In this document: piece by piece, positions 1 to 9,076 of the stretch | Numbering within the stretch: the stretch's first letter is position 1 | Layout: each line of letters begins with the position of its first letter | Origin: Mycolicibacterium smegmatis | GTDB taxonomy: Bacteria > Actinomycetota > Actinomycetes > Mycobacteriales > Mycobacteriaceae | Direction of reading: 5' to 3' | Length of the DNA: 32,000 nt | NCBI RefSeq assembly: GCF_001457595.1 | Contig: NZ_LN831039.1 | Span: 1,470,001 to 1,502,000 of the forward strand | Made by a program: the position numbers and the translations under genes | The notes under the pieces: model-generated | What the model was told of the DNA's origin: nothing | The model's input: the letters and a program-made list of their open reading frames with translations, nothing else | Databases searched by the model: none

Positions 1-1981
1 CATCGCCGGTGCCCTCGAACACTTCGACCACCGCGCCGTGAGTGGCATTCGAGAACGTGCCGTCATTGTCGACGTCGAAACTCGCCGACGCGCGCAGCCC
101 CGGTTCCAGACCCTTGGGCAGCAGATGTGCCTTCGCGTAGGCGATGTCGGCCAGCTGTCGGTAGGACAGCGACACCGACGGATCGTCGACGCGGCGCACC
201 CGCCCCTTGTCGAGCTGCACGTTGTCGATGTGCGTGTCGAGGAGATGCGCCGCGATGTCGCGGAGTTTGTCGCCGAGCTTGACCGCGGCGAGCGCGACCG
301 CGCTTCCACCGATGGTGATCGAGCGGCTGGCGAAACTCCCGTACCCGTACAGGATTCGGTCCGTGTCGCCCTGGTGGATCTTGACCTGCTCGATGTCGAG
401 GCCGAGTCGGTCGGCGACGATCTGGGCCATGGTCGTCTCGTGGCTCTGCCCGTGGCTGAGGGTCCCCGTGGTCACCACGACGGTCCCGTCCATGTCCATC
501 GTGATGTCCGATACGTCGAACCCGGGCACGACGTCCATCTTGCGCGCCGCGAACGCCGCCGAACCGTAGCCCGTGCGCTCGTTGAAGCATGAGAAACCAA
601 TTCCGATGTGCCGACCGGCTTCTCGGTCACGCAGATCGAACCAACCCTCGCGGCGCAACGTTTCCTCGCACAGGTTCAGCGATTCGAGGTAGGACCCGGG
701 ATCGTAGGTGATGTTGTTGACCCCGGTATAGGGGAACACCGTGATGAGGTTCCGGCGTCTGATCTCCACCGGGTCGATGTTCAGCTCGCGGGCTGCGCGC
801 TCCATCAATCGCTCGACGACCATCACGTACTGGGGCCTGCTGACTCCCCGGTACGGCGCCGACGGTGCCTTGTTGGATGCGATGGCGCGGCCACGTACGC
901 GATAGTCGGGCAGCTTGTAGACCCCGGGAAGCTCGGAAGAGGCCATCAGCGGCTCGATGGCGGCGGTGAACGGGTAGCACGAGTAGGCGCCCATATCGCA
1001 GACCACATCGGCGTCGATGGCGAGCAGGCGGCCGGTTTCGTCGAAGGCCGCCCGAACGTCGTAGCGCTGCTCACGGGCCAGGAACGACGCCGTCAGCGCT
1101 TCTCGCCGATCCTCGGTCCACTTGACGGGCCTGCGCAGGCGCAGCGCCGCGGCGGCCACCGCGATCTCCTCGCGGCCCACCACGCACTTGATCCCGAACC
1201 CACCGCCCATATCGGGCACGATCACCCTGACCTTGCGTTCGTCGAGACCCAGCGATCTGGCGGTGACGGTCCGAACCAGGTGGGGGACTTGGCTGCAGGT
1301 GTAGAGAACCAACTGCTCGTCGCGGTCGTCCCAGTACGCCAGCGCGCCGCGGGTCTCCATCGGAAGTGCGTTCTGCCGGCCGGTCTTGCTGTGCACGCTC
1401 ACCACGACCGCTGCCGAGGCGAAGGCCTCATCGGTGCCTGCGCTGTCGAACAGGGACACGTCGACGAGGGTGTTGTGGGCGGCCTGCTCGTGCACGAGCG
1501 GCGCCCCGGTCGCGAGTGCCTCGTCGATCGTGGTCACGGCGACGCCCGGTTCGTAACGGACGGTCACGGCTTCCAGGGCATCCTCGGCGAGATACTGGTC
1601 GGTGGCCACGACGATCGCCAGCGGCTCTCCCACGAAGCGCACCGTGTCCGAGGCGAGGATCGGCATCTCGGTCGGCACGAACTCCGTCAACGGCCGGTCA
1701 AGGGTGGCGACCATGTTCCCCAGTGCGAGGTCGTCGGCGTCCCACGCGGCCCGCACCCCCTTGATCGACTGCGCCGCACCGAGGTCGATCGAGAGGATCT
1801 TGCCCGCGGCGATCGTGGAGCGGACGAACTGCGCGTGCACCATTCCGGGCAGGGAGATGTCGTCGACGAAGCGACCGGTGCCCGTCAACAGGCGCGGGTC
1901 TTCCCGGCGGCGGACCGAGGTTCCGACCCAGGAACCGCCACGGGCGAGCAGATGATCACTTGTACCGGCGTGAATTGTCAT
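1..1981 (-). CDS. xanthine-dehydrogenase-family molybdopterin-binding large subunit (CoxL/NdhL-like); 3' end runs off the window
   Basis: Absent from the ORF track because there is no in-window stop. My own minus-strand translation from ATG 1981-1979 gives MTIHAGTSDHLLARGGSWVGTSVRRREDPRLLTGTGRFVDDISLPGMVHAQFVRS... It stays open for 660 codons to the window edge (..ALPMETRGALAYWD.., ..VPDMGGGFG.., ..SFASRSITIGGSAV..). This is typical of aldehyde oxidase/xanthine dehydrogenase large subunits. The start shares one base with the upstream TGA (1983-1981). Confidence 0.85.
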   Translation of the reverse strand, partial: MTIHAGTSDHLLARGGSWVGTSVRRREDPRLLTGTGRFVDDISLPGMVHAQFVRSTIAAGKILSIDLGAAQSIKGVRAAWDADDLALGNMVATLDRPLTEFVPTEMPILASDTVRFVGEPLAIVVATDQYLAEDALEAVTVRYEPGVAVTTIDEALATGAPLVHEQAAHNTLVDVSLFDSAGTDEAFASAAVVVSVHSKTGRQNALPMETRGALAYWDDRDEQLVLYTCSQVPHLVRTVTARSLGLDERKVRVIVPDMGGGFGIKCVVGREEIAVAAAALRLRRPVKWTEDRREALTASFLAREQRYDVRAAFDETGRLLAIDADVVCDMGAYSCYPFTAAIEPLMASSELPGVYKLPDYRVRGRAIASNKAPSAPYRGVSRPQYVMVVERLMERAARELNIDPVEIRRRNLITVFPYTGVNNITYDPGSYLESLNLCEETLRREGWFDLRDREAGRHIGIGFSCFNERTGYGSAAFAARKMDVVPGFDVSDITMDMDGTVVVTTGTLSHGQSHETTMAQIVADRLGLDIEQVKIHQGDTDRILYGYGSFASRSITIGGSAVALAAVKLGDKLRDIAAHLLDTHIDNVQLDKGRVRRVDDPSVSLSYRQLADIAYAKAHLLPKGLEPGLRASASFDVDNDGTFSNATHGAVVEVFEGTGD

Positions 1982-2856
1982 CAGGCCGCCACGCTTTCGG
2001 TGGCCGCCGCCCGCAGCAATGCGGTCACCACCAGGTGGTGGGTGAGACCGCGGAGGTATTCCGTACCGCCCGGGGTGGCAACCTCGTCGAACTCGAGTTC
2101 GGCGACAATCCTGTCGGCGCAACGTTTGGCAAGATCGGGCGTCATCGGTCCGGCGAATTCCAGGCTCGCCCGTGCCGCGTCACACACGATCGGCACGGGT
2201 GCCACACCGCCGAGCGCGACGCGGCCCGACACCACCTCGCCGTCGGCCACATCGAGATCTGCCGCAGCCGCGACCACCGCGAAATCACCGTGGCGTTGGG
2301 CGTATTCGGTCAATGCCGCGTGCGGCGCAGGGCGAGGGAAGCGCACCGCGATGATCATCTCGTCGTATTCGAGTGCGGTGGTGTACAGACCGAAGAAGAA
2401 GTCCGAGGCCGCGATGGTCCGTTCTCCCCGCGGTGACGCGACGACGATGTCGGCGTCGAGCAGGACAGCGAGCAGACACCACTCGGCGGTGGCGTCGGCG
2501 TGCGCGATGCTGCCCCCGATGGTTCCCCGCGTCCGGATCGGCAGGTGCCCGACCCACTGCATCGCGTCACCGATCACGGTGTAACCGTCGGAAAGAACCG
2601 ATTTGAAACGCCGTTCGACGTCATGGTGCGTGGTGAGGGCACCGATGGTCAGTGTCTGCCCTCGATCGACGTAACGGAGGTCGGCGATGCCGGACACGTC
2701 GACCAGGCTCGCCGGGCGTGCCAACCGGAAGTTCATCATGGCGACCAGCGACTGTCCGCCTGCGATGATCTTGGCATCCTCACCCAACTCCGACAGCAGA
2801 TCGACGGCCTGCGCGACGCTGTGCGCCCGATGGTACTGGAAGGCAGCAGGTTTCAC
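1981..2856 (-). CDS. FAD-binding medium subunit of a molybdenum hydroxylase (CoxM-like)
   Basis: 291-aa ORF. MKPAAFQYHRAHSVAQAVDLL...IIAGGQSLVAMMNFRLARP...RTRGTIGGSIAHAD is the FAD-binding-5/CO-dehydrogenase flavoprotein pattern. GTG start overlaps the upstream MFS stop (2853-2856). Confidence 0.9.
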   Translation of the reverse strand: MKPAAFQYHRAHSVAQAVDLLSELGEDAKIIAGGQSLVAMMNFRLARPASLVDVSGIADLRYVDRGQTLTIGALTTHHDVERRFKSVLSDGYTVIGDAMQWVGHLPIRTRGTIGGSIAHADATAEWCLLAVLLDADIVVASPRGERTIAASDFFFGLYTTALEYDEMIIAVRFPRPAPHAALTEYAQRHGDFAVVAAAADLDVADGEVVSGRVALGGVAPVPIVCDAARASLEFAGPMTPDLAKRCADRIVAELEFDEVATPGGTEYLRGLTHHLVVTALLRAAATESVAA

Positions 2857-4271
2857 GCACCGCTCCGCACGTCGGGGGCAGAGGTGAGGGCGGGTTCTTT
2901 CGCGATGGGTGCCAAGGTGTCGAGTTCACGCCCCTTGGTCTCCGGTGCTCCCACACTCATCCACACGACAGCCGCCACGACGGCGCCACCGATGATGGCG
3001 AAGGTCATCGGCAGGCCGAAGGTCGGCCACAGCAGCGTGCCGAACAACAGCGGGACGAAGCCCGACGCCACCCGGCTCACCGAAGAGGCCCAGCCGAATC
3101 CGCTTGCGCGCACAGGCGTGGGGTACAGCTCCGACACGTACGCATACAGCACCGGAATGGTCAGCTGGATGACAAAGCCGAAGATTCCGAGGAAGATCAG
3201 CGGAACCGTGTCGATCGACAAGGTGAGGCCGAACAGCACCAACGCCAGCGCCGCCACCGGACCGGAAACTCCGATCACCCACTTGCGGCCGACTTTCTCG
3301 CACAACCACGACGACACCAGGACACCGATGATGCCCACGCCGGTCATCAGGGTGGTCCCGGCGAACGCCGCGTAGCTGCCGTACCCGCTCTGACGGAGGA
3401 TGGACGGCATCCAGCTCAGCGCTCCGTAGTAGAGCAGCATGATGGTGATGAACAGGGCCCACGACGTGCTGGTGATCCGGGGGCTGAACCGCCAGATGTC
3501 ACGCAATTGGGCCGCCGCACTGGCGAAGGTCATCTTCGCCACGACCTCGGGAGGGCTGAACCGGTACGGAACCGGCGGTGTGCCCGTGCGCGCGACCAGA
3601 TCGTCGACGACCGCCCGCGCCTCCTCTTCACGACCGCTGCGGGCCAGATAGATCGGTGATTCGGGAATCGAGCGGCGCACCCAGAACAGCAGGAGGGCGG
3701 GTAGCACCATGAACACCAGCATGATTCGCCAGCGGGCGTCGGGATCGATCGGGACCAGCAACGTTGCGACCAGTCCGCACAACGTTCCTCCGATCGGCCA
3801 CCACACGTCCATCGCCGCAAGCACTCGTCCCCGTAGCCGGGCCGGTGAGAACTCGCTGACGATCGCGTAATCCACGGGGATGCAACCACCCAACCCGAAC
3901 CCGGCCAGGAAGCGGAGCAACAGGAACACCCAGTACGACGGTGCCAGTGCGGCCAGGACCGAGAAGACCGCGAAGATCAGCATCGTGATGCTGAACGCCT
4001 TCTTCCGGCCGACCTTGTCGGCAACGGTTCCCCAGGAGACGGCTCCGATGGCCATACCGATCAGGTTCGCCGTGGCGACCATGCCGCGTTCGGTGATCCC
4101 GAGTCCCCAGAAATCACCGACCAGTGGCGTGAGGAACCCGTTCAGCACCACGTCCCAGGCGTCGAACATGTAGCCCAGTCCGCCGATGATGAAGACACGC
4201 CCCTGAACGTTCCAGCGCCAGGGGAGTTGTTGAACCACTTGCTCAGCTGTTTGCATGGCGAGCCTCGTCAC
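2853..4271 (-). CDS. MFS transporter (sugar-porter/metabolite:H+ symporter type), possibly for the pyridine-carboxylate substrate
   Basis: 472-aa ORF, highly hydrophobic with about 12 predicted TM segments. MFS motif A is GTVADKVGRKKAF. It is embedded in the operon by start/stop overlaps on both sides. The start could be GTG 4271 or ATG 4256. Confidence 0.9.
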   Translation of the reverse strand: MTRLAMQTAEQVVQQLPWRWNVQGRVFIIGGLGYMFDAWDVVLNGFLTPLVGDFWGLGITERGMVATANLIGMAIGAVSWGTVADKVGRKKAFSITMLIFAVFSVLAALAPSYWVFLLLRFLAGFGLGGCIPVDYAIVSEFSPARLRGRVLAAMDVWWPIGGTLCGLVATLLVPIDPDARWRIMLVFMVLPALLLFWVRRSIPESPIYLARSGREEEARAVVDDLVARTGTPPVPYRFSPPEVVAKMTFASAAAQLRDIWRFSPRITSTSWALFITIMLLYYGALSWMPSILRQSGYGSYAAFAGTTLMTGVGIIGVLVSSWLCEKVGRKWVIGVSGPVAALALVLFGLTLSIDTVPLIFLGIFGFVIQLTIPVLYAYVSELYPTPVRASGFGWASSVSRVASGFVPLLFGTLLWPTFGLPMTFAIIGGAVVAAVVWMSVGAPETKGRELDTLAPIAKEPALTSAPDVRSGA

Positions 4272-5113
4272 TTGGATGCGGAAAGTGCCCGGCGAACACT
4301 CGCCAGGGCTGGGGCTGGGTTGTCCCAGAACAACATATGGCCTGCGTCGGGAATGGATTCCAGATTGGCCTGCGGGTTCATCGATCGGGCGTGCTCCACG
4401 CCATCTGCCGGCACCATCGGGCTGTCACTGCCGTAGATCAGCGTGGTCGTCGAGGTGAGCTTGGGCCATACGTCGAAGAAATCGTCTTCTTCGAACCCCC
4501 GGTGCGTCTGCGAGACAGCTTCGACGTCGCAACTGGACAGCCAGTGCGCCCGCAGGCGTTGCTCCGACTGCGGCCAGCGTGGCCACGCCTTCGCCACTTC
4601 GGCGGTGGTGGTGCCGGCGCGCGCCTCGGCGAGCTGGGCGAGGAAGGTCTCGAGCGTGGTGGGGTAGGGTCCGCGGCCGGGCCCGCTCATCGGTGGATCT
4701 GCCAACAGCAACGAACGGATCGGCACCCGGCCGCGTGCGGCAACAACCGCCGCGATGCGGGCTCCCATCGAGTGGCCCAGGATGCTGACGTCGTCGAGCG
4801 CGAGATCATCGACGATGGCTTCCACATCCTCGGCGTAGTCGTCGAGTGTGTAGGAGGTGGCGGAATCCGAGAGACCCCGGCCGCGGATGTCCACCACGTA
4901 GGGGTGCGCGATGTCGGTCAGCTCCACGGCCACGAAGTTCATCGTGATGGCGGGGCTGGTGATGCCCGGCAGGACCAGAAGTGGAGGCACGGCCGGTGCG
5001 GCGTTGTAGTCCAGCACGTGCAGCGCAAGCGAATTGGTGACGACCCAGCGACTGGTCGCGGGTACGGTTGCGAGATCGGCCAGTGCTTCTTGGGTCAGAT
5101 ATCGACGGTCCAC
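4268..5113 (-). CDS. nicD: alpha/beta-fold hydrolase; N-formylmaleamate deformylase by context
   Basis: 281-aa ORF with nucleophile elbow GHSMGARIA and an HG-type oxyanion region (LVLPGITS). The symbol is assigned from context only, between the NicF-like and NicC-like/NicX-like genes. Confidence 0.7.
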   Translation of the reverse strand: MDRRYLTQEALADLATVPATSRWVVTNSLALHVLDYNAAPAVPPLLVLPGITSPAITMNFVAVELTDIAHPYVVDIRGRGLSDSATSYTLDDYAEDVEAIVDDLALDDVSILGHSMGARIAAVVAARGRVPIRSLLLADPPMSGPGRGPYPTTLETFLAQLAEARAGTTTAEVAKAWPRWPQSEQRLRAHWLSSCDVEAVSQTHRGFEEDDFFDVWPKLTSTTTLIYGSDSPMVPADGVEHARSMNPQANLESIPDAGHMLFWDNPAPALASVRRALSASK

Positions 5114-5121
5114 ACGCTGTC

Positions 5122-5790
5122 CTAACCGTTGGCGGCCACGTCGGCCGATTGAAGGTACTTGAGCGCAGCATCGAGCTCGACGACGTCGCCGTATTTGGCG
5201 TTGATGTCGAAAAGGTTTGCCTGGTGGGGGCCCTCGGCCCGGTCGCCGACGCAGTCACTGACCACCATGACGCCGAACCCGTGTTGTACGGCGTCGACGG
5301 CGGTGGCGCGTACACACCCGCTGGTGGTGGCGCCGCAGACGATGACGGTGTCCCGGCCCAGGCTCGTCAGCAGGGCCGCCAGATGCGTACCGAAGAACGC
5401 CGAGGCGCCCTTCTTCACGATCACCTCGTCGGCCTCGGTCACCGTCAGTCTGGGGTCGATCGCCGAAGCCTCCGACCCGTGGCGCATGGCGCGCATACCG
5501 GGCGCCTTGTCCAACCAGGCGATCGATGAGCCATCGGCTTCGGCGGCGGTATAGGCGATCACGGTGTAGATCACCGGAATGTTCGTCGATCGAGCTGTCG
5601 TGCAGAGTGTTTCGGTACGGGCGACCACATCCGTGAGGTCGCAGCCGGTCGGATGATCGGGCTGTGTGAATCCGCGCGTGAGGTCGACGACCACGACGGC
5701 CGGCCGGTCGCCCAGCCGGGCAGGCGAGCCGAAACCCGCGGTGTCGTACACCTGGTCGGTTTCGGGTCCCCAGTGTGTTCGTCCGGTCAC
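5122..5790 (-). CDS. nicF: isochorismatase-family amidohydrolase; maleamate amidohydrolase by context
   Basis: Core VVVVDLTRGF...KKGASAFFGT.L...L...DTVIVCGATTSGCVRATAVDA shows the Asp/Lys/Cys hydrolase pattern. I trimmed the track ORF (5122-6003) to GTG 5790. That start is preceded by GAGGAAGGGA and does not overlap the upstream gene, which ends at 5825. Confidence 0.8.
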   Translation of the reverse strand: MTGRTHWGPETDQVYDTAGFGSPARLGDRPAVVVVDLTRGFTQPDHPTGCDLTDVVARTETLCTTARSTNIPVIYTVIAYTAAEADGSSIAWLDKAPGMRAMRHGSEASAIDPRLTVTEADEVIVKKGASAFFGTHLAALLTSLGRDTVIVCGATTSGCVRATAVDAVQHGFGVMVVSDCVGDRAEGPHQANLFDINAKYGDVVELDAALKYLQSADVAANG

Positions 5791-5824
5791 GTCACGTCCC
5801 TTCCTCGGCTGGAACTCTGGCTGT

Positions 5825-7093
5825 TCATTTCGCGAAGGGGTAGGTGAACGCATGCAGATCGGTGTCCTTGAGGGGTGTCCCGCTCCACAGCCAGTCGTAC
5901 GACACATCCGATTCGCCGTCGAAATTGCGAAGTTGCTCGTCCCGAAGGCGCTGCTGGGGCCCGTCGGGTAGGTGGTAGAACGACATGTTCTCCAGTGATG
6001 CATCCTGCACCATCCCGGCGTGTTTCGCGCGACGAGCGACGTAACGCATCAATGCCGAATCGATGTCGTGGCGGGACACTTCGGCCAGTTCCTCGGCGAG
6101 CACCGCGGCATCCTCCATGGCCTGTGAGGCACCCTGCGCCTGGTAGGGCAGCATCGCGTGGCAGGCATCGCCTAGGAGCGCGACCCGGCCGTCGACCCAC
6201 ACCGGGTCCCGGCGGCGCCGGTACATCGCCCATACCGACGCGTTGCCTTCGGCCTTCGACAGCATGGCCGGCACCCGGTCGTCCCAGCCGGGGAATGCGT
6301 CGGTGAGATCGTCCACCGATGCGGGACCCGACCAGTCCTTCTCGATCTGGGGGCTGCAGGGCACGATGGCGACCACGTTGAGGTACTCGCCTTGTCGAAT
6401 CATGTAGTGCACCAGATGTCGGTCGGGGCCATACCAGATGGTGCTCTGAAATCTGTCCACGAGCCATCGGGTGGCGGGATCCGCGGCGATCTTGTCGCCG
6501 GGAATCAAAGCGCGATAAGCCATTTCGCCTGAGAATTCGAGGGTGTCGGCGAACCCGACGGCGTCGCGGACTGCCGAGCGGATGCCGTCGGCGCCGATGA
6601 TCACGTCGGCTTCGAATCGACGCCCGTCAGCTGTCACGGCGGCAGGCCGCTCGGGCACCGATTGATCGACGTCGACGACGGCGGCGTTGGTATGGACCTG
6701 TACCACCGGACCGGGGTCCGGCTCGAGGCATGCGTCCAGCAGTACCCGGTGCAGGTCTGCGCGATGGTAATGCCAGTACGGTGCGTTGTAGTCGCGGATG
6801 CACCGCGATCCCAACGCTGTCTGAGCGATGATGCTGCCGTCTTTCCAGCGTCTGCGCACCTGATCCTGCGGCTCGGTGTGGATACGCTCCAATTGCTTGC
6901 GCAATCCCAGTCCGATGAGCACGCGGCTGGCGTTCGGTGCGGTCTGGATGCCGGCGCCGACCTCTCCGAGTTCGGCTGTCTTCTCCAAAACGGTGACGCG
7001 AAAACCCTTTTGGCGCAGCGCCAGCGCCGCGGTCAGGCCGCCAAGGCCCGCTCCGGCCACGACGATCTCGAACGACTGACCGATTCTTCCCAT
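5825..7093 (-). CDS. nicC: class A FAD-dependent aromatic monooxygenase (6-hydroxynicotinate 3-monooxygenase-like / salicylate-hydroxylase-like)
   Basis: GxGxxG fingerprint EIVVAGAGLGGLTAAL, DG motif IIGADGIRS, and GD motif VALLGDACHAMLPYQAQGASQAMEDA. Start trimmed to ATG 7093, preceded by CTAGGAGGAAAATCC. The symbol is context-based; see the finding on the GAGIQ motif. Confidence 0.8.
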   Translation of the reverse strand: MGRIGQSFEIVVAGAGLGGLTAALALRQKGFRVTVLEKTAELGEVGAGIQTAPNASRVLIGLGLRKQLERIHTEPQDQVRRRWKDGSIIAQTALGSRCIRDYNAPYWHYHRADLHRVLLDACLEPDPGPVVQVHTNAAVVDVDQSVPERPAAVTADGRRFEADVIIGADGIRSAVRDAVGFADTLEFSGEMAYRALIPGDKIAADPATRWLVDRFQSTIWYGPDRHLVHYMIRQGEYLNVVAIVPCSPQIEKDWSGPASVDDLTDAFPGWDDRVPAMLSKAEGNASVWAMYRRRRDPVWVDGRVALLGDACHAMLPYQAQGASQAMEDAAVLAEELAEVSRHDIDSALMRYVARRAKHAGMVQDASLENMSFYHLPDGPQQRLRDEQLRNFDGESDVSYDWLWSGTPLKDTDLHAFTYPFAK

Positions 7094-7204
7094 GGATTTT
7101 CCTCCTAGAGGCGGCGTGAGACGGTCTGACCGAAGACCGCTGCCGCTGCACACCACAAAGATCCAGGTGACGGGGCTGCACTGCCCGAGCCTGAGCTTGT
7201 CGAG

Positions 7205-7220
7205 GAATTAATCCGAACAC
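7205..7220 (-). promoter_or_regulatory. conserved 16-nt box GTGTTCGGATTAATTC upstream of the nicC-side operon
   Basis: The minus strand reads GTGTTCGGATTAATTC. It matches GTGTTCGGACTAATTT at 7938-7953 at 14 of 16 positions, in the same orientation relative to the downstream operon. Confidence 0.5.
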
Positions 7221-7307
7221 GGACGATATCTGAAGTCAAGACCCTGCATCGATTTTGGTGCAGAGTTTTACATTGAGGCCGACGTGCCGCCTGAACAGCG
7301 GCAACGG

Positions 7308-7805
7308 TCAGGAAACGGGGGCGATCGACTCCCAGTGTTCGGCCAGTTCGCTCAAAAGCGCGATCAGAGAGGCGCGTTCGGCCGCGGTTTTCCCGGCCAG
7401 AAGACGCTCGTCGAGTTCGCGTGCCCGGCGATTTGCCGCACGAAACGTTTTCTCGCCCTTCGGGGTGAGAAACAGGAGCTTCCTTCGCCCGTCGCGCGGA
7501 TCGCTCTTGCGCTCTACGAGCCCACGCTCTTCGAGTCGGCGGACCACGTCGGCCATGGTCGATCGGTCCAGCGAAACCGAAGAGGCCAGAGAGCCTTGAT
7601 CGTGGCCAGGCTGACGGTAGACGGTGTTGAGCACCGCGAATTGCGGGCCGGTGAGGGTGCTGTCGACGTGCCGAACCCACGAGGCGAGATACGCCTGGTG
7701 GAGTCTCCGTGCCAGGTAACCGGGCGCCTCTGCCAACTCCGGAGGTGTGGCCGGGGAGGAGGGGCCGGACTGGGCTGCGTCGGCGACGGATCGACTGTTG
7801 ACCAC
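7308..7805 (-). CDS. MarR-family transcriptional regulator (NicR-like by context)
   Basis: 165-aa ORF with winged-HTH region LTGPQFAVLNTVYRQPGHDQGSLASSVSLDRSTMADVVRRLEERGLVERKSDPRDGRRKLLFLTPKG, typical of MarR. It sits between the two divergent catabolic units. Confidence 0.9.
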   Translation of the reverse strand: MVNSRSVADAAQSGPSSPATPPELAEAPGYLARRLHQAYLASWVRHVDSTLTGPQFAVLNTVYRQPGHDQGSLASSVSLDRSTMADVVRRLEERGLVERKSDPRDGRRKLLFLTPKGEKTFRAANRRARELDERLLAGKTAAERASLIALLSELAEHWESIAPVS

Positions 7806-7895
7806 GTCGCAATGATAGTTCTTCTCTGTTTTGCTCCGATCGCGCCACCGGGTGCGGTCGGGTACGCAGGCAATTTCCTTTTAACAAGAAAGTTT

Positions 7896-7911
7896 CGTCA
7901 ACGCCTTGACG
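7896..7911. promoter_or_regulatory. inverted repeat CGTCAA-CGCC-TTGACG in the marR/nicX divergent region
   Basis: 6-bp perfect arms with a 4-bp spacer. It contains a TTGACG -35-like hexamer. Candidate MarR operator or promoter element. Confidence 0.35.
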
Positions 7912-7937
7912 GAGCAGGGGTGTCGGGCGAATAGTCA

Positions 7938-7953
7938 GTGTTCGGACTAATTT
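7938..7953 (+). promoter_or_regulatory. conserved 16-nt box GTGTTCGGACTAATTT upstream of nicX
   Basis: Second copy of the 7205-7220 box, 54 nt upstream of the GTG start at 8008. It ends in TAATTT, a TANNNT -10-like hexamer. Confidence 0.5.
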
Positions 7954-8007
7954 GGCAGGTGCGTGTTCTGCCGGCCTGCCTGTTTTTGACACCAGGAGGG
8001 GACGCTC

Positions 8008-9039
8008 GTGGACCAGTCTCAGTTGAACGACCTGTTCCTGCGCCAGCTGACGTTGAGTGCCGTGCGCGAGGGGGAAACTGTCTCGGTACTCACCCGTGGC
8101 CATGAACGCCTCGATTATGCCGACGCGGCATTGTGGGCGGCAGGAAAGCTGGGTGCCAACGTTTTTCATCTTCGGCTGCCCACCGCTCAGGACGCGAGCG
8201 GTGCCTGGGCCGTCGGAGATTCCGGACTGGGGACCAATCCTGTTGCGGTAGAGGCGCTCAAGCAGAGTGACATGTTGATCGACCTGACTTTCTTGCTGTT
8301 CAGCAAGGAACAGTTCGCCATTCAAGACGCTGAGACCCGTATTCTCACCGTGGTCGAACCGGCACCCCTGCTGGCCCGGTTGATGCCCACTCCTGAGCTG
8401 CGCGAGCGGGTCGAGGTGGGTGCGGAATTGCTCGCCAAGGCGCAGACCATGAGGATCACCAGCCCTGGCGGCACCGATGTGGTGTACCAGTTGGGCGTCT
8501 ATCCCACCATGAGCGAGTACGGATACACCGACACCCCGGGACGATGGGACCACTGGCCGGCCGCGTTCGTGTTCAGCGGCGGTGCCGACGACGGCGTGGA
8601 CGGGACGATCGTCCTGAGCCCCGGCGACGTCCTGCTGCCGTTCAACACCTATGTGCAGACCGAGGTCACGTTGACCATCGAGAACGGACTGATCACCGAC
8701 ATCCGCGGCGGTCTGGACGCAAGCTTGTTGTCGAGCTACATCGAATCTTTCGACGATCCACGCGGTTACGGGATGTCACACGTTGGATGGGGCCTCGACG
8801 AACGCGCACACTGGCACGGACTCACCCAGTTCCCCGGTGGCATGGGCATGGAGTTGCGCTCGGTGTACGGCAACGTGATGTTCTCGATCGGTCCCAACAA
8901 CGAACTCGGCGGGCCCAACGACACGCCGTGTCACTTCGACATACCGATGCGAAACTGCACCCTCTATCTCGACGACGAGCCGATCGTCGTCGATGGGGAC
9001 GTGGTGGTTGACGATATGAAGCCGGCCGCACGCCGGTGA
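8008..9039 (+). CDS. nicX: 2,5-dihydroxypyridine 5,6-dioxygenase (NicX family, aminopeptidase-T-like fold)
   Basis: 343-aa ORF. MSEYGYTDTPGRWDHWPAAF, HVGWGL and TPCHFDIPMRNCTLYLDD match the NicX motifs I remember (EYGY..PGRWDHWP, HIGWGL, TPCHLDIPLRNC). RBS is AGGAGGGGA, 5 nt before the GTG. Confidence 0.88.
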   Translation: MDQSQLNDLFLRQLTLSAVREGETVSVLTRGHERLDYADAALWAAGKLGANVFHLRLPTAQDASGAWAVGDSGLGTNPVAVEALKQSDMLIDLTFLLFSKEQFAIQDAETRILTVVEPAPLLARLMPTPELRERVEVGAELLAKAQTMRITSPGGTDVVYQLGVYPTMSEYGYTDTPGRWDHWPAAFVFSGGADDGVDGTIVLSPGDVLLPFNTYVQTEVTLTIENGLITDIRGGLDASLLSSYIESFDDPRGYGMSHVGWGLDERAHWHGLTQFPGGMGMELRSVYGNVMFSIGPNNELGGPNDTPCHFDIPMRNCTLYLDDEPIVVDGDVVVDDMKPAARR

Positions 9040-9076
9040 CGGATCACGCAGTAATCGCACCGGAGGAAACCCTGTC

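Noticed and set aside
608-2584. 658-aa plus-strand ORF, plus several shorter ORFs in 38-2606
   Set aside because: They are antisense to the Mo-hydroxylase large and FAD subunit genes. The composition is Arg/Gly/Ala/Pro-rich and low-complexity with no recognisable motifs. This is the typical shadow ORF of high-GC DNA.
5791-6003. In-frame upstream extensions of real genes (this one, plus 7094-7156, 20183-20347, 21351-21950, 22649-22687 and 29223-29333)
   Set aside because: Most extensions overlap the preceding gene's coding region (7094-7156 and 22649-22687 run into intergenic DNA instead). Internal starts with Shine-Dalgarno sequences or stop/start coupling give products of family-typical length.
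7244-7263. Hairpin CTGCATC-GATTTT-GGTGCAG between marR and the monooxygenase operon
   Set aside because: The U-rich tail is on the plus strand, where nothing is transcribed into it. On the relevant minus strand there is no tail. It is kept only as a possible operator and is not called.
7105-8553. 482-aa minus-strand ORF spanning the marR region and the nicX 5' half
   Set aside because: It crosses two intergenic regions and runs antisense to nicX. The translation is Arg/Gly/Pro-rich, while marR (a different frame) and nicX have clear family signatures.
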